Positions 25,063 to 36,149 of a stretch of 64,000 nucleotides of DNA are shown piece after piece; within the stretch, counting starts at the first letter, position 1, and each line of letters opens with the position of its first letter. The notes under the pieces were generated by a model that was not told the origin of the DNA, did no database searches, and saw only the letters and a program-made list of their open reading frames with translations. Where the stretch lies: positions 87,358,001 through 87,422,000 of the forward strand of contig NC_091996.1 of the NCBI RefSeq assembly GCF_044704955.1, written 5' to 3'. Made by a program: the position numbers and the translations under genes. The DNA comes from Pristiophorus japonicus (Eukaryota).

Positions 25063-25720
25063 AGTCACCAAGCTCATGGTCTACAGAGCTGTAGTGATAC
25101 CCGCCCTCCTGTATGGACCATGTACAGTAGACACCTCAAGTCGCTGGAGAAATACCACCAACGATGTCTCCGCAAGATCCTGCAAATCCCCTGGGAGGAC
25201 AGACGCACCAACATTAGCGTCCTCGACCAGGTCAACATCCCCAGCATTGAAGCACTGACCACACTCGACCAGCTCCGCTGGGCAGGCCACATTGTCCGCA
25301 AGCCAGACACGAGACTCCCAAAGCAAGTGGTCGACTCGGAACTCATTCACGGCAAAAGAGCCAAAGGTGGGCATCTGGAAACGCTACAAGGACACCCTCA
25401 AAGCCTCCCTGATAAAGTCCGACACCTGGGAGTCCCTGGCCGAAGACCAGTCCGCCCTAAGTGGAGGAAGTGCATCCGGGAGGGCGCTGAGCACCTCGAG
25501 TCTCATCACCGAGAGCATGCAGAAAGCAAGCGCAGGCAGCGGAAGGAGCGTGCGGCAAACCAGTCCCACCCACCCTTTCCTCCAACCACTGTCTGTCCCA
25601 CCTGTGACAGAGACTGTAATTCCTGTATTGGACTGTTCAACCACCTGAGGACTCACTTTTAGAGTGGAAGCAAGTCTTCCTCAATTCCGAGGGACTGCCT
25701 ATGATGATGGAGATGATGAT
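25063..25720 (+). mobile_element. RTE LINE 3' fragment (others at ~13325-13770 -, 35083-35730 +, 43305-43865 +, 44992-45505 +, 54490-54640 -)
   Basis: TKLMVYRAVVIPALLYG, YHQRCLRKILQIPWEDR, LRWAGH, C-terminal CPTC..C..HLRTH zinc finger, (ATG)n tail. Confidence 0.9.
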
Positions 25721-27539
25721 GTGTGAGAGAGAGTGAGAGTGCGTGCCAGCGTTTCAACGGTCGTGGTCGAGTTAATTCAGTGACAAAGGTCTCAAGTGGC
25801 ACTGAGTGTGAGACACGATGTGAGTGAGTCAGAGAGCACTCGCTTTAGGGGCTGGGGGGAGGAGGGGAGGGAGGGGGCTGGGGGGAGGATGGGGAGGGAG
25901 GGGGCTGGGCGGATGGAGCTGTACGAAGGGGAGCTGAGGGGAGGGAGGGGGCTGGGGGGAGGAGGGGAGGGTGGGGGCTGGGCGGAGGGAGCTGGGGAGA
26001 GGATGGGGAGGGAGGCGGCTGGGCGGATGGAGCTGGACGAAGGGGAGCTGAGGGGAGGGGGCTGGGGGGAGGAGGGGGCTGCGGGGAGGGGGCTGGGTGG
26101 ATGTAGCTGGACGAAGGGGAGCTGAGGGTAGGGGGCTGAGTGGTGTGAATTGGGTGGAGGGAGTGGTTGGGTGTCAGGGGTCTGGTTGGAGGAACGCACA
26201 AACTGACACTGAGTCTAGAGTGCCACTGACACCAAGTCACGTGGGATTCCATACTCCATTTTGGAATGATACTTTCTGTCCCAAATTTTACATTCCCAGT
26301 ATAAATTCCTGCCTCCCCAGTTAGCATTGACAGGGTCTATGTAAACACGTCACACTGCAATTACACCCTCCTGCCAGGGGTGGCGCTGTGGTGCTACTGG
26401 TTTTCGCCCCTCTCCAGTGAAGCTGTCAGCTCCCTGTTTAACCCAATCTCCGGCATTCTCTTCCACCGACCCCAATTTCCCTGGTCCGCCTGTTATTTTT
26501 ATGTCCCAGTTGTGGTTTCATTTCTTGATGAAAAAAAGAACACGTTTCACTGCCGTTACAAACATATCTATTTGTATTTTTGCCCAACAGATTTCATGGC
26601 TCCTCCCCTTTGTCCTTCCCGGTCGCAGTTTCCACTCGTCTCTCGGAGCTGCCCGTCCATACCAGCGCCAGCTGCCCCTCCGCCGCCTTGCCCAAAGTGG
26701 CCACGCTTGTTGAACTCTTCTACCATGGGGTGCCATCACAGCCGAGGCCAAACCTGCCCTCGCTTGACATCTGCGCACCTGCGCTGTCCAGCTTTTAAGG
26801 AACAGAGTGGCGGGGTCAGCGGGAATTCGCTGAGGGCCGTCTTGATGGGCACTGAGGCCGGTTCTGGCTCCTCCCCCCCCCCCCCCCCACTACCTCCCCC
26901 AATATTGCACACCGCAAGATCCCAAAATGTTGGCCCGGGACACTGGGGCGGGGTGGGCGGGGGAGAAACAAAACCCTTCTTCCAATAGTGGCCCTTGGGA
27001 TGCACCTGAGAGGGCAGCCGGGGCCCTCGGTTTTGTAGGATGTTTGGTTTGTATCTCTCTGCTGATTTTTAGATCTCTCAACTTATCAGTCCCTCGAAAC
27101 GAGGATGACTTGCTTCCACGCCAAAAAGGGATGAGTTCACAGGTGTTTCAATGAAGGACCCGACATTCCAGATCCCGAACTACATCCTGAAGGGTGGAAG
27201 ATGCCTGTGGGTGTATATTTTTAATGTGGGGTGGCCGTTGTACACCAGTCACCACACGGGCTTGACAGAGCTAGGTCTTGGTCCAGTGGCAAGGGTTAAC
27301 CAGAGCGACTGGAGACCAGCTCTGCTGCACGGACCTAGTGCGCACACATATCGCACAGTGTGGGCTGGGCCCGTGTTGCCCTTGTCCCCGAACTCTCGCC
27401 TCTCCTGGGCCCCAATCACGCCCCTCTACAATCTCTCGCCGCTCCTTCGCCCCGACCTCCAATCAGCGACCAGGACCTTGATGACGTCACTCTTCGCTGC
27501 CGTCGCCCTCCTGCACCAGCTCGCGCTGCTCCTTATAAG

Positions 27540-28162
27540 TGAGAAAGGACAACACGTGACACAAAATTTTAGGCTTAACCCAGTGGTCGGTTTTATTAAC
27601 GCATCAAAAAACGGCTAAAACTACAGGACTAGACTTCCGAGAGAAATTTGACTTTAGACATACAATCACCAGAAATTCGTGGTCGTTGATTCCGTGACTT
27701 GCCGGTTCTCCTTCTGTCCGTTCTCTGCAGTGCCTCTTCCTTTCATGTCCTTCCCTGCTTTCTGTGTCCTTCCTCCTGCTTCTGCGTAACCTGCTTGTGT
27801 GTCTGTGTCCGTCTATTTATATCCAGCTTTTGAATACGTTGGGGTGAAATTCGATTATCGAATCTGTTTACCTGGTTGGTGATGAGTGTGAATGGCTACT
27901 AATTTGCATACAGCGTCGACAGTGCAAAATATATTTCCTTATGCTGAATGCTCTGTTATCCACAAATTTGCATTTCGTAGAGTAATTGTTGTCCGGTCTT
28001 ATTACAGTCTCGGTGTCTCCAGTGGCTGTTTTCCCCACCCTGGTCAATCAAGTTCAGGGCCGCACGTAACAACTCCATTGTTCTGCATGAAGCCAGTTTT
28101 ACGTCCTAGGCCACAGAATGTCCTTAATTGTCTGTCTTAATTCAAAAACCTTGGATTAATCA
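27540..28162 (-). mobile_element. Possible solo LTR
   Basis: TG...CA bounded; on the minus strand TATAAATA (~27815-27822) precedes AATAAA (~27592-27597); no TSD found. Confidence 0.35.
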
Positions 28163-28211
28163 ATTTTTTCGTTCATGAGCTGCGTTTTTCTGAAGATTGG
28201 TAACCTTGCAG

Positions 28212-28870
28212 TTTGACGCCTCATCTGAAAGACGGCACCTCCGACAGTGCGGCGCTCCCTCAGCACTGCCCCTCCGACAGTGCAGTGCTCCCTCAGTACT
28301 GCCCCTCCGACAGTGCGGCGCTCCCTCAGCACTGCCCCTCCGACAGTGCGGCGCTCCCTCAGCGCCGCCCCTCCGACAGTGCGGCGCTCCCTCAGCGCCG
28401 CCCCTCCGACAGTGCGGCGCTCCCTCAGCGCCGCCCCTCCGACAGTGCGGCGCTCCCTCAGCGCCGCCCCTCCGACAGTGCGGCGCTCCCTCAGCGCCGC
28501 CCCTCCGACAGTGCGGCGCTCCCTCAGCGCCGCCCCTCCGACAGTGTGGCGCTCCCTCAGCGCCGCCCCTCCGACAGTGCGGCGCTCCCTCAGCGCCGCC
28601 CCTCCGACAGTGTGGCGCTCCCTCAGTACTGCCCCTCCGACAGTGTGGCGTTCCCTCAGTACTGCCCCTCCGACAGTGTGACGCTCACTCAGTACCGCCC
28701 CTCCGACAGTGCGACGCTCTTTCAGTACCGCCCCTCCGACAGTGCGGCACTCCCTCAGTACTGCGCAGGCCAGTGCCGGCCCTGGATTATGGGTCTCCTG
28801 TTCCTGGAGATTGGGGCTCGAACCCACGGCCTTAGGAGAGGGACGAGGTGCTGCCCACTGAGCCATGGCC
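28212..28870 (-). mobile_element. Deu-domain tRNA-SINE with internal 33-bp minisatellite (~15 units)
   Basis: Unit GCAGTACTGAGGGAGCGCCGCACTGTCGGAGGG between the tRNA head and the Deu core; gives spurious 11-aa repeat ORFs. Confidence 0.9.
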
Positions 28871-29169
28871 AACAGTGTCACGTGACTTCTCTGCCATACA
28901 GAGTTTGCACTTGGGAGGTGGTGGCCCTATTGGCGGAACCGAATCCGGAGGCGGACAGGGAGGGAGTGCAGCTGAGTAGCCAGGATGGAAAACAGGTTGC
29001 ACAGGGTAACGCGGCGGAACATTTTAGCCGCCTATATTGGAACAGTTGCACAGATACACTACAAATACAATACAAATAGAAAGACAGAATTGTATTTACG
29101 TAGCACCTGTCACGACCAGCGGACGTCCCGAAGCGACTTACAACAATTTTGTTGAACCAATAATCAAGT

Positions 29170-29432
29170 GCCCCTTGAATAAAGGGGCCACTAAAACCGA
29201 CAGATTAACTCTTAACAGTAAATGGATCAAATTAAAATTTGGTTGCCAGGGGTGATGATGCACTCCAGTCCCTCTGGCGCCCACCTCTCGCGGAAGACTG
29301 TACGCGCGGAAGAGAGGCAGCCAGTCGGGCTGAACGGCCCCCTCGACCGCCCGCTGCCTGGACCGGCTGATGGCCCCCTTGGCCAGGCCCAGGAGCAGTC
29401 CTACGAGGAGGCCCTCCGACCTGCCCGCTCCG
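29170..29432 (-). mobile_element. L1/Tx1-like LINE 3' fragment (related copy ~35735-36050, +)
   Basis: LLLGLAKGAISRSRQRAVEG...RERWAPEGLECI C-terminal text followed by T-rich 3' UTR. Confidence 0.55.
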
Positions 29433-29929
29433 AAGCGCCTTACAGCCAATTTCTGAAGTGTAGTCACTGCTGTAAAGTGGGAAACGCCAATTTGCGCACA
29501 GCAAGTTCCCACAAACAGCAATGCGATAATGACCCAGATTATCTGTTTTTGTTATGTTGATTGAGGGATAAATATTGGTCCCAGGACACCGGGGGGAATG
29601 CCCCTGCTCTTCGAAATAGGATCTTTTATGAGTCTGCCCTCTCACAGGTGGCGTAAAAGATCGCAGGACACTATTTCGAAGAAGAACAGGGGAGTTATCC
29701 CTGGTGTCCTGGATTTTTGGATCACTCGCTCACAGAGCCAGCACAGGCACAATGGGCCGAATGGCCTCCTGCTGCGCTGTATCGTTCTGTGATTGGGCGC
29801 AGCAGAAACAATTTGTTCTCCAATCAGGATGGACTTGTTTCTGACCATATCCAGGTTGGGTGTGTGGGTCCGTTTGGATTACAATGAGATGGTGTCTTGG
29901 TCTGGCTGCGTCCGTCTTCATCTGATTTG

Positions 29930-30532
29930 GGTGTGGCAGGACGTTTGCAGCTGGGTCTGGTCTAAGATGGACCTGAATCTGGTCTAGGATGGAATTGGGT
30001 CTAGTATAGGATTGACCTGGATCTGGTTCAGGATGGACCTAGGTCTGGTCTCGGATGGACTTCAGTCTGGTATAGGATGGACCTGTGTCTGGACTAGGAT
30101 GGAATTGGGTCTAGTCTAGGATTGACCTGGGTCTGATTTAGGATGGACCTAGGTCTGGTCTAGGATGGAATTGGGTCTAGTCTAGGATTGACCTGGGTCT
30201 GGTCTAGGATGGACTTCGGTCTGGTCTAGGATGGAATTGTGTCTAGTCTAGGATTGACCTGGGTCTGGTTTAGGATGGACCTAGGTCTGGTCTAGGATTG
30301 ACCTGGGTCTGGTCTAGGATGGACTTCGGTCTGGTCTAGGATGGACCTCGGTCTGGTCTAGGATAGACCTGAGTCTGATCTAGAATGGAATTGGGTCTAG
30401 TCTAGGATTGACCTCGGTCTGGTCTAGGATGGAATTGGGTCTAGTCTAGGATTGACCTCGGTCTGGTCTAGGATCGACCTGGGTCTGGTCTAGGATGGAC
30501 CTGGCTCTGTCCCAGGATGGACCTGGCTCTGG
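29930..30532. repeat. Pentamer-based ~20-bp tandem repeat directly downstream of the CHST stop codon
   Basis: Units such as GGTCTGGTCTAGGATGGACC and GGGTCTAGTCTAGGATTGACC, alternating; degenerate toward 29800. Confidence 0.9.
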
Positions 30533-30538
30533 CCCCCG

Positions 30539-31738
30539 TCACACCAGCGGCTCGGACAGCAGCGAGACGTTCATGTCCAGCAGCTGGGCGCGGTCCTTCA
30601 CCATCTGGTAGCCGAGCTGCCTCATTGCGCCGCCGCAGAAGCCCTGCACCTTCTCCACCGTCTCCATCCCCAGCTGGCCCCTCCAGCCGCTGGCCACCAG
30701 GCCGGCGTCGCGGGCCGACACGGCGAAGGGCTCGCTCTGGTTGTGGCGCCGGCCGCCGGAGAGGCCCAGCAGGAAGCCCTCCAGCTCCCTGGTCACCCGC
30801 AGGCCGGCGAAGGCGTACAGCCGGCGCAGGGAGTGCAGCGGGCGGGCCAGCAGGTCCTCGAAGCGCAGGAGCAGGTAGTTGTCCCGGTAAGGGGGCCGCC
30901 GGGCCAGGGCCAGGCTGCGGTTCAGCCCGGCGCACAGCACCTCCAGGGCGCCCACCGCGTTGAGGTCGGGGGGCAGGCGGGCGACCGGTGGCTGCCTCCT
31001 CTCGTGGAGGCGCCGCAGGACCTGCAGGTTCTCCCGGATCAGCCCGTGGCGGGAGCGGAGCCTGGAGCTGCCAACGGCCCGGGGGTCCCTGACCAGGTGG
31101 ACCACCTTCAGGCCCAGCTCCTCGATGAGGGGCTGCAGCACCCCCAGGTCCAGGATGCGCACCCCCTTGATCACCACGGCGCCGTACTTGGGGCACTCGG
31201 CCTGCAGCCGCTCCAGGCTCTGCGGGGGGCAGTCGCGCTTGCAGATGTCCTCGTTGACCATCTCCACCCGGTCCTTGTGGCAGGCCGGGCACTGGGGCCG
31301 GGAGCAGACCACCTTGTTGCGGGAGGCATAGAAGAGGTCGCGGGTGGTCAAGGCCTCATCGGCCCCGCCCTTCGCCGGCCGCGGGTGGTAGAGCTGCAGC
31401 ACCGAGAGGTCGCAGCGGTACAGGCCGCGCAACACATCGCGCACCGCGCCCTGCAGGCTCTCGGCGTCCCCGGGGTACAGCGCCTGCCAGGCGTGCCAGG
31501 CCGGCTCGAAGTGGTAGAAGACGTCGGGGTGCTGGTTGAAGAGCTCGCCCACTAGGGACGAGCCGGAGCGCCAGGTGGTGAGCAGGTAGACCCGTCGCGT
31601 CGGGTCCCCCGGCGGGATCTGGGATGGGGGTTCCCCGCAGCCCCGGAACGCGATCAGGTAGTTGACCGCCAACGTGACGGTCACCAGGGCCCCCAGCAGG
31701 ACCGCGGACCGCTGCATCCGGCCGCCGCCCGCCGCCAT
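30539..31738 (-). CDS. Carbohydrate (GlcNAc-6-O) sulfotransferase, CHST2/CHST7-like, 399 aa, single coding exon
   Basis: Type II signal anchor (SAVLLGALVTVTLAVNYLIAF); 5'-PSB motif TTWRSGSSLVGELFNQHPDVFY; LYPGDAESLQGA; NKVVCS; VIKGVR; 3'-PB motif HLVRDPRAVGSSR; GC3-rich intact ORF; Kozak GCGATGG. Confidence 0.95.
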   Translation of the reverse strand: MAAGGGRMQRSAVLLGALVTVTLAVNYLIAFRGCGEPPSQIPPGDPTRRVYLLTTWRSGSSLVGELFNQHPDVFYHFEPAWHAWQALYPGDAESLQGAVRDVLRGLYRCDLSVLQLYHPRPAKGGADEALTTRDLFYASRNKVVCSRPQCPACHKDRVEMVNEDICKRDCPPQSLERLQAECPKYGAVVIKGVRILDLGVLQPLIEELGLKVVHLVRDPRAVGSSRLRSRHGLIRENLQVLRRLHERRQPPVARLPPDLNAVGALEVLCAGLNRSLALARRPPYRDNYLLLRFEDLLARPLHSLRRLYAFAGLRVTRELEGFLLGLSGGRRHNQSEPFAVSARDAGLVASGWRGQLGMETVEKVQGFCGGAMRQLGYQMVKDRAQLLDMNVSLLSEPLV

Positions 31739-31915
31739 CGCTCGCGGGCCGTGTGGGGAGAGTCGGAGACCGGTTCACAGCCCTGGGGCTGCAGCTCTGT
31801 CCGCAGTGCTCAACGTCTGACGTCCGCTTATAGCCGCGTTCCTGCAACGTCTCACCAGCCCATCCAGCGACATCTTCCAGAACCTGACGGGGAGGAGCCA
31901 CTACATTAGTTCGTG
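31739..31915 (-). promoter_or_regulatory. Splice acceptor and 5' UTR part of the CHST coding exon
   Basis: Minus strand ACTAAT (branch point) GTAGTGGCTCCTCCCCGTCAG|GTTCTG, exon starting at 31883; candidate upstream donor GAG|GTGGGA at ~33312. Confidence 0.55.
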
Positions 31916-31944
31916 GTTTCAATCCCTCACTTAGAGGAGAAGGC

Positions 31945-33300
31945 TAATATCTCTCTCTCTCTCGGTCCCCAATTACTTTCTCTCTCTCTCTCTCACTCGG
32001 TACACTTTCTCTCTCTCTCGCTCTCTGTACATTCACATTCTCTCTCTTGGTCCCCACTTACTTTCTCTCTCACTCGGTACACTCTCTTCTATCTGTACAC
32101 TCACGTTCTCTCTCTCTCTTGGTCCCCACTTACTTTCTCTCTCTCTACACTTTCTCTCTCTCTATGTATGCTTTCTCTCTCTCGCTGCACACTTTCTCTC
32201 TACGCTTTCTCGCTCTCTACACTTTCTCTCTCTACATTTTCTCTCTTTCTGTTGTTCCCCACTTCTTTCTCTCTACATTTTCTCTCTCTCTATATACACT
32301 TACTGTTGTAGGCATTAGGCACCTGCTGAATATATCAAAACCTAGGGCAGCGGCACCTGTAGCATGAGGTTAGAATTACACCTGTAGCATAAGGTTAGAA
32401 CTAAATGTAACTCTAATACCATAAAATGGCTACCCGTGAAGCCTCAAGGGATTTCTGTTAGCTGAACTAGACCGCATTCCTGGAAACTGATAATTGTTGT
32501 TTCCCACACACAGGACTAACAAGCAAACTTTGCAGATGTCTCTAATCAGCCAGGCCTCAGACAAAATGTTCTGGTGAATGTAAGGACAATACGACTCTGT
32601 AACAGGATTAAGATAAGGAGGCTACCCAAAGACAGCGCCCAAGGACAGTAAGATAAGGGGGGCCTGGGCCATGTTACAAGGTACATGAGTCATTCCTAGC
32701 AACACATCTCTTAGCAACACATCTCTTAGCAACACATGAGCCACTTTATGTTTAGAAACTAACTCTATCTATTGGTCTAATTGAATCTATAATCTATATG
32801 ATTGGATAGTGTCCAGCCAAAATGGGCTGATGTAACTGTAGTAAACTGTTGTAAAACATATAAAAATCCATGAAATCCTTTGTTCGGCGGAGAGAAGTGC
32901 CTGGATCCAGTCCTGAGGCTTCCTCCCGGCTGGCATAAATAAAGGCCGCATTGGCGTTGGAACCGACTCTGAGTGTTGAGTGATTCTTCCAAGAAAACAT
33001 TCACGCTAACACTTACTCTCTCTCTCTCTCTCCATACACTCTCTCTCTCTGTACACTCTCTCTCTACACTTTCTCTCTCTCTCTGTACACGTACTTTCTC
33101 TTTCTCTCTCTCGGTTTACCTACGTTCCCTCTCTCTACCTACGTTCCCTCTCTCTCTCTTGGTCCCCACTTACGTTTTCTCTCTCTCTCTCTCTCTCTCT
33201 GTACACTTCCACTCTCTCGCTCTCTGTTTACCTACGATCCCTCTCTCTCTTGGTCCCCACTTACGTTCTCTCTTTCTCTCTTTCTCTCTCTTTCTCTCGC
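31945..33300. repeat. (CT)n-rich low-complexity repeat split by an LTR
   Basis: CTCTCT with recurring TGGTCCCCACTTAC and TACAC on both sides of 32304-32999. Confidence 0.9.
32304..32999 (+). mobile_element. ERV-like solo LTR (~700 bp)
   Basis: TGTTG...AAACA termini; internal direct repeats (CACCTGTAGCATxAGGTTAGAA x2, TAGCAACACATCTCT x2-3); AGATAAG x2; TATAAAA ~32859; AATAAA ~32938; interrupts the CT repeat; TSD imperfect. Confidence 0.7.
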
Positions 33301-33691
33301 CGATGGTCCCACCTCGCCCTTCTGTCAAAGTCTTCGAAAGGCGAGCGGCCCTTTTCCCGAAGCTGCTCCGAGCCCAGCAGCGATCAGCCTGTCCCTCTCC
33401 AGGCTCGAGTTTCCTGCTGGGGAAATACTGCTGCTGTGACGTGGCGGCTGACTGGACCTTTGTCCCGCTGATGTTTGGGGACGGGCAGGGTCGAGAGTCG
33501 GGGTCATTGCACGACCTCGCCAAGACAAACACTTGCGCAACGGCTGAACAAACTCTGCCCTGGATACCGTCTCGTGAAAAGTTACCTCGGCAGAAAATCG
33601 ATTTGCGGGCCGAGGACTTTCAGTGTGGGTGAGAGACGAGGCCACAGATTATGGTCGTTGATGTCAGAGGGCGAGATATCGGCATCATTTG

Positions 33692-34550
33692 GAGCCGTGG
33701 CTCAGTGGGCAGCGGTCTCTCACCTCCCGAGTCAGAAGGTCGCGGGTTCGAACCCCCACTCCAGGGATTTGAGCACAAAAATCCACAGCTGACACTCCCA
33801 GTACAGGGCTGAGGGAGCGCCGCACTGTCGGAGGGGCAGTGCTGAGGGAGCGCCGCATTGTCGGAGGGGCAGTGCTGAGGGAGCACCGCACTGTCGGAGG
33901 GGCAGTGCTGAGGGAGCGCCGCACTGTCGGAGGGGCAGTGCTGAGGGAGCACCGCACTGTCGGAGGGGCGGCACCAAGGGAGCACCACACTGTGGGCGGA
34001 GCAGTACTGAGGCAGTGCCGCACTGTCGGAGGGGCAGTACTGAGGGAGTGCCGCACTGTTGGAGGGGCAGTACTGACGGAGCGCCGCACTGTTGGAGGGG
34101 CAGTACGGAGGGAGCGCCGCACTGTGGGAGGGGCAGTACTGAGGGAGCACCGCACTGTCGGAGAGGCAGTACTGAGGGAGCGCCACACCGTCGGAAGGGC
34201 AGTAGTGAGGGAGCACCGCACTGTCGGAGATGCCACCTTTCGGATGAGACGTTAAACCGAGGCCCCGTCTGCTCTCTCAGGTGGCCGTAAAAGATCCCAC
34301 GGCCACTATTGGAAGAAGAGCAGGGGATTTCTCCCCAGTGTCCTGGGGCCAATATTTATCCCTCAATCAACATAACAAAAACAGATTATCTGGGTCATTA
34401 TCACATTGCTGTTTGTGGGAGCTCGCTGTGCGCAAATTGGCTGCCGCGTTTCCCACATTACAACAGTGGCTACACTCCAAAAGTGCTTAATTGGCTGTAA
34501 AGTGCTTTGGGATGTCTGGTGTGAAAGGCGCTATATAAATTCAAGTCTTT
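33692..34550 (+). mobile_element. Full-length Deu-domain tRNA-SINE with 33-bp minisatellite (~12 units)
   Basis: A box TGGCTCAGTGG, B box GGTTCGAACCC, repeat array, Deu core, L2-like tail GGCGCTATATAAAT. Similar copies at ~44190-44725 +, 52842-53775 +, 57180-58000 -, 58740-59185 +, 59560-60105 -, 63525-64000 +. Confidence 0.9.
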
Positions 34551-36149
34551 CTCTTCTCCCATAGTCCCGCAAACGTCTTTTACATACAACGTCAACTTTC
34601 ATTTATATAGCTCCTTTGGCGTAGTGAAACGGCCCAAGGTGCTTACTTCTGTCTGCCATTTTAACTGAGGCACCTTCTCGAGGGGCAATTAGGGATGGGC
34701 ATTAAATGCCGGCCTTGCCAGCGATGCCCACATCCCAGAATCGAATAAAGAAAAGATCCCTGGGCGAACTATTCTGTCTAAATCCACATCCCACAACACA
34801 TTCAGGGCAAATCTCTCTCACTCGGTATGGCTGCTTTGGGAGTAATGCTGCCACTGGAACAGTAGGGGGCAGTGGTGTACTGGTACTTTTATCAGTGAGT
34901 CTGAGACATCGTTCATGTGACATCCTTATGGGATGGGGCTTGTGTGTGGAGTTGGGATTTATGATACAGGGATTGGGGTTTTACCGAAGCAGGGATTAAA
35001 AAAATTTGTTCCTGGGATGTGGGCGTCACTGGCAAGGCCGGCATTTATTGCCTATCCCGAATCGCCCTCGAGAAGGTGGGGGTGATACCCACCCTCCTGT
35101 ATGGCTCAGAGACATGGACCATGTACAGTAGACACCTCAAGTCGCTGGGGAAATACCACCAACGCTGTCTCCGCAAGATCCTGCAAATCCCCTGGGAGGA
35201 CAGACGCACCAACGTCAGTGTCCTCGACCAGGCCAACATCCCCAGCATCGAAGCACTGACCACACTCGACCAGCTCCGCTGGGCAGGCCACATTGTCCGC
35301 ATGCCCCGACACGAGACTTCTCCAAAGCAAGCGCTCTACTCGGAACTCCGACACGGCAAGCGAGCCCCAGGTGGGCATAGAAAATGTTACAAGGACCACC
35401 CTCAAAGTCTCCCTGATAAAGTGCAACATCCCCACCAACACCTGGGAGTCCCCGTACCAAAGACCAGTCCGCCCTAAGTGGAGGAAGTGCATCCGGGAGG
35501 GCGCTGAGCACCTCGAGTCTCGTCGCCGAGAGCGTGCAGAAAGCAAGCGCAGGCAGCGGAAGGAGCGTGTGGCAAACCAGTCCCACCCTCCCTTTCCTCA
35601 ACCACTGTCTGTCCCGCCTGTGACAGGGACTGTAATTCCCGCATTGGACTGTTCAGTCACCTGAGAACTCACTTTTACAGTGGAAGCAAGTCTTCCTCGA
35701 TTCTGAGGGACTGCCTATGATGATTATGATGATCTTGAACCGCGTAGTCCTTTGGTTGTGGTGGTTTGGTGAGCCCCGGGTGTCCCGGGAGATGGAGCAC
35801 GCGGTGTCCACCGGTACGCTCGCGGCCTTCCGCGAGAGGTGGGCGCCGGAGGGACTGGAGTGCATCGTCGCCCCCGGCAACCAAATTTTAATTTGATTTA
35901 TGTTTCTGGCTAAAAGTTAATTGGTTTGATTGTCGGTTATAGTGCCCGCAGTTAATAAGGGAGCAATTGATTGATTGTGTCAACTAAAATGGCTGTCGAC
36001 CTGTCCATTGTGCCTTGAAAAAAGGGGCACTTGATTTTAAAGTTTTACAAAAATAGTTGTCGTGGTTTGGTGCAACTGAGTGACTTTCTGGGCCATTTCA
36101 GAGAGCAGTTAAGAGTCAACCACATTGCTGGGTGTACAGTGCTCACTGG

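Noticed and set aside
21113-25077. His/Thr/Ser-rich ORFs of 349 and 496 aa
   Set aside because: Translations of (CA)/(CT) microsatellites spanning N gaps.
25845-26140. Pro/Gly-rich ORFs
   Set aside because: Low-complexity G-rich degenerate repeat (likewise the C-rich tract ~40180-40695).
28156-29079. Long 11-aa repeat ORFs (GGAVLRERRTV, PSDSAALPQ) and a possible CRISPR-like array
   Set aside because: Translation of the 33-bp SINE minisatellite; units are contiguous with no unique spacers, and the context is eukaryotic.
33692-33765. tRNA genes (also ~52845, 58740, 63038, 63525)
   Set aside because: tRNA-derived SINE heads continuing into SINE bodies.
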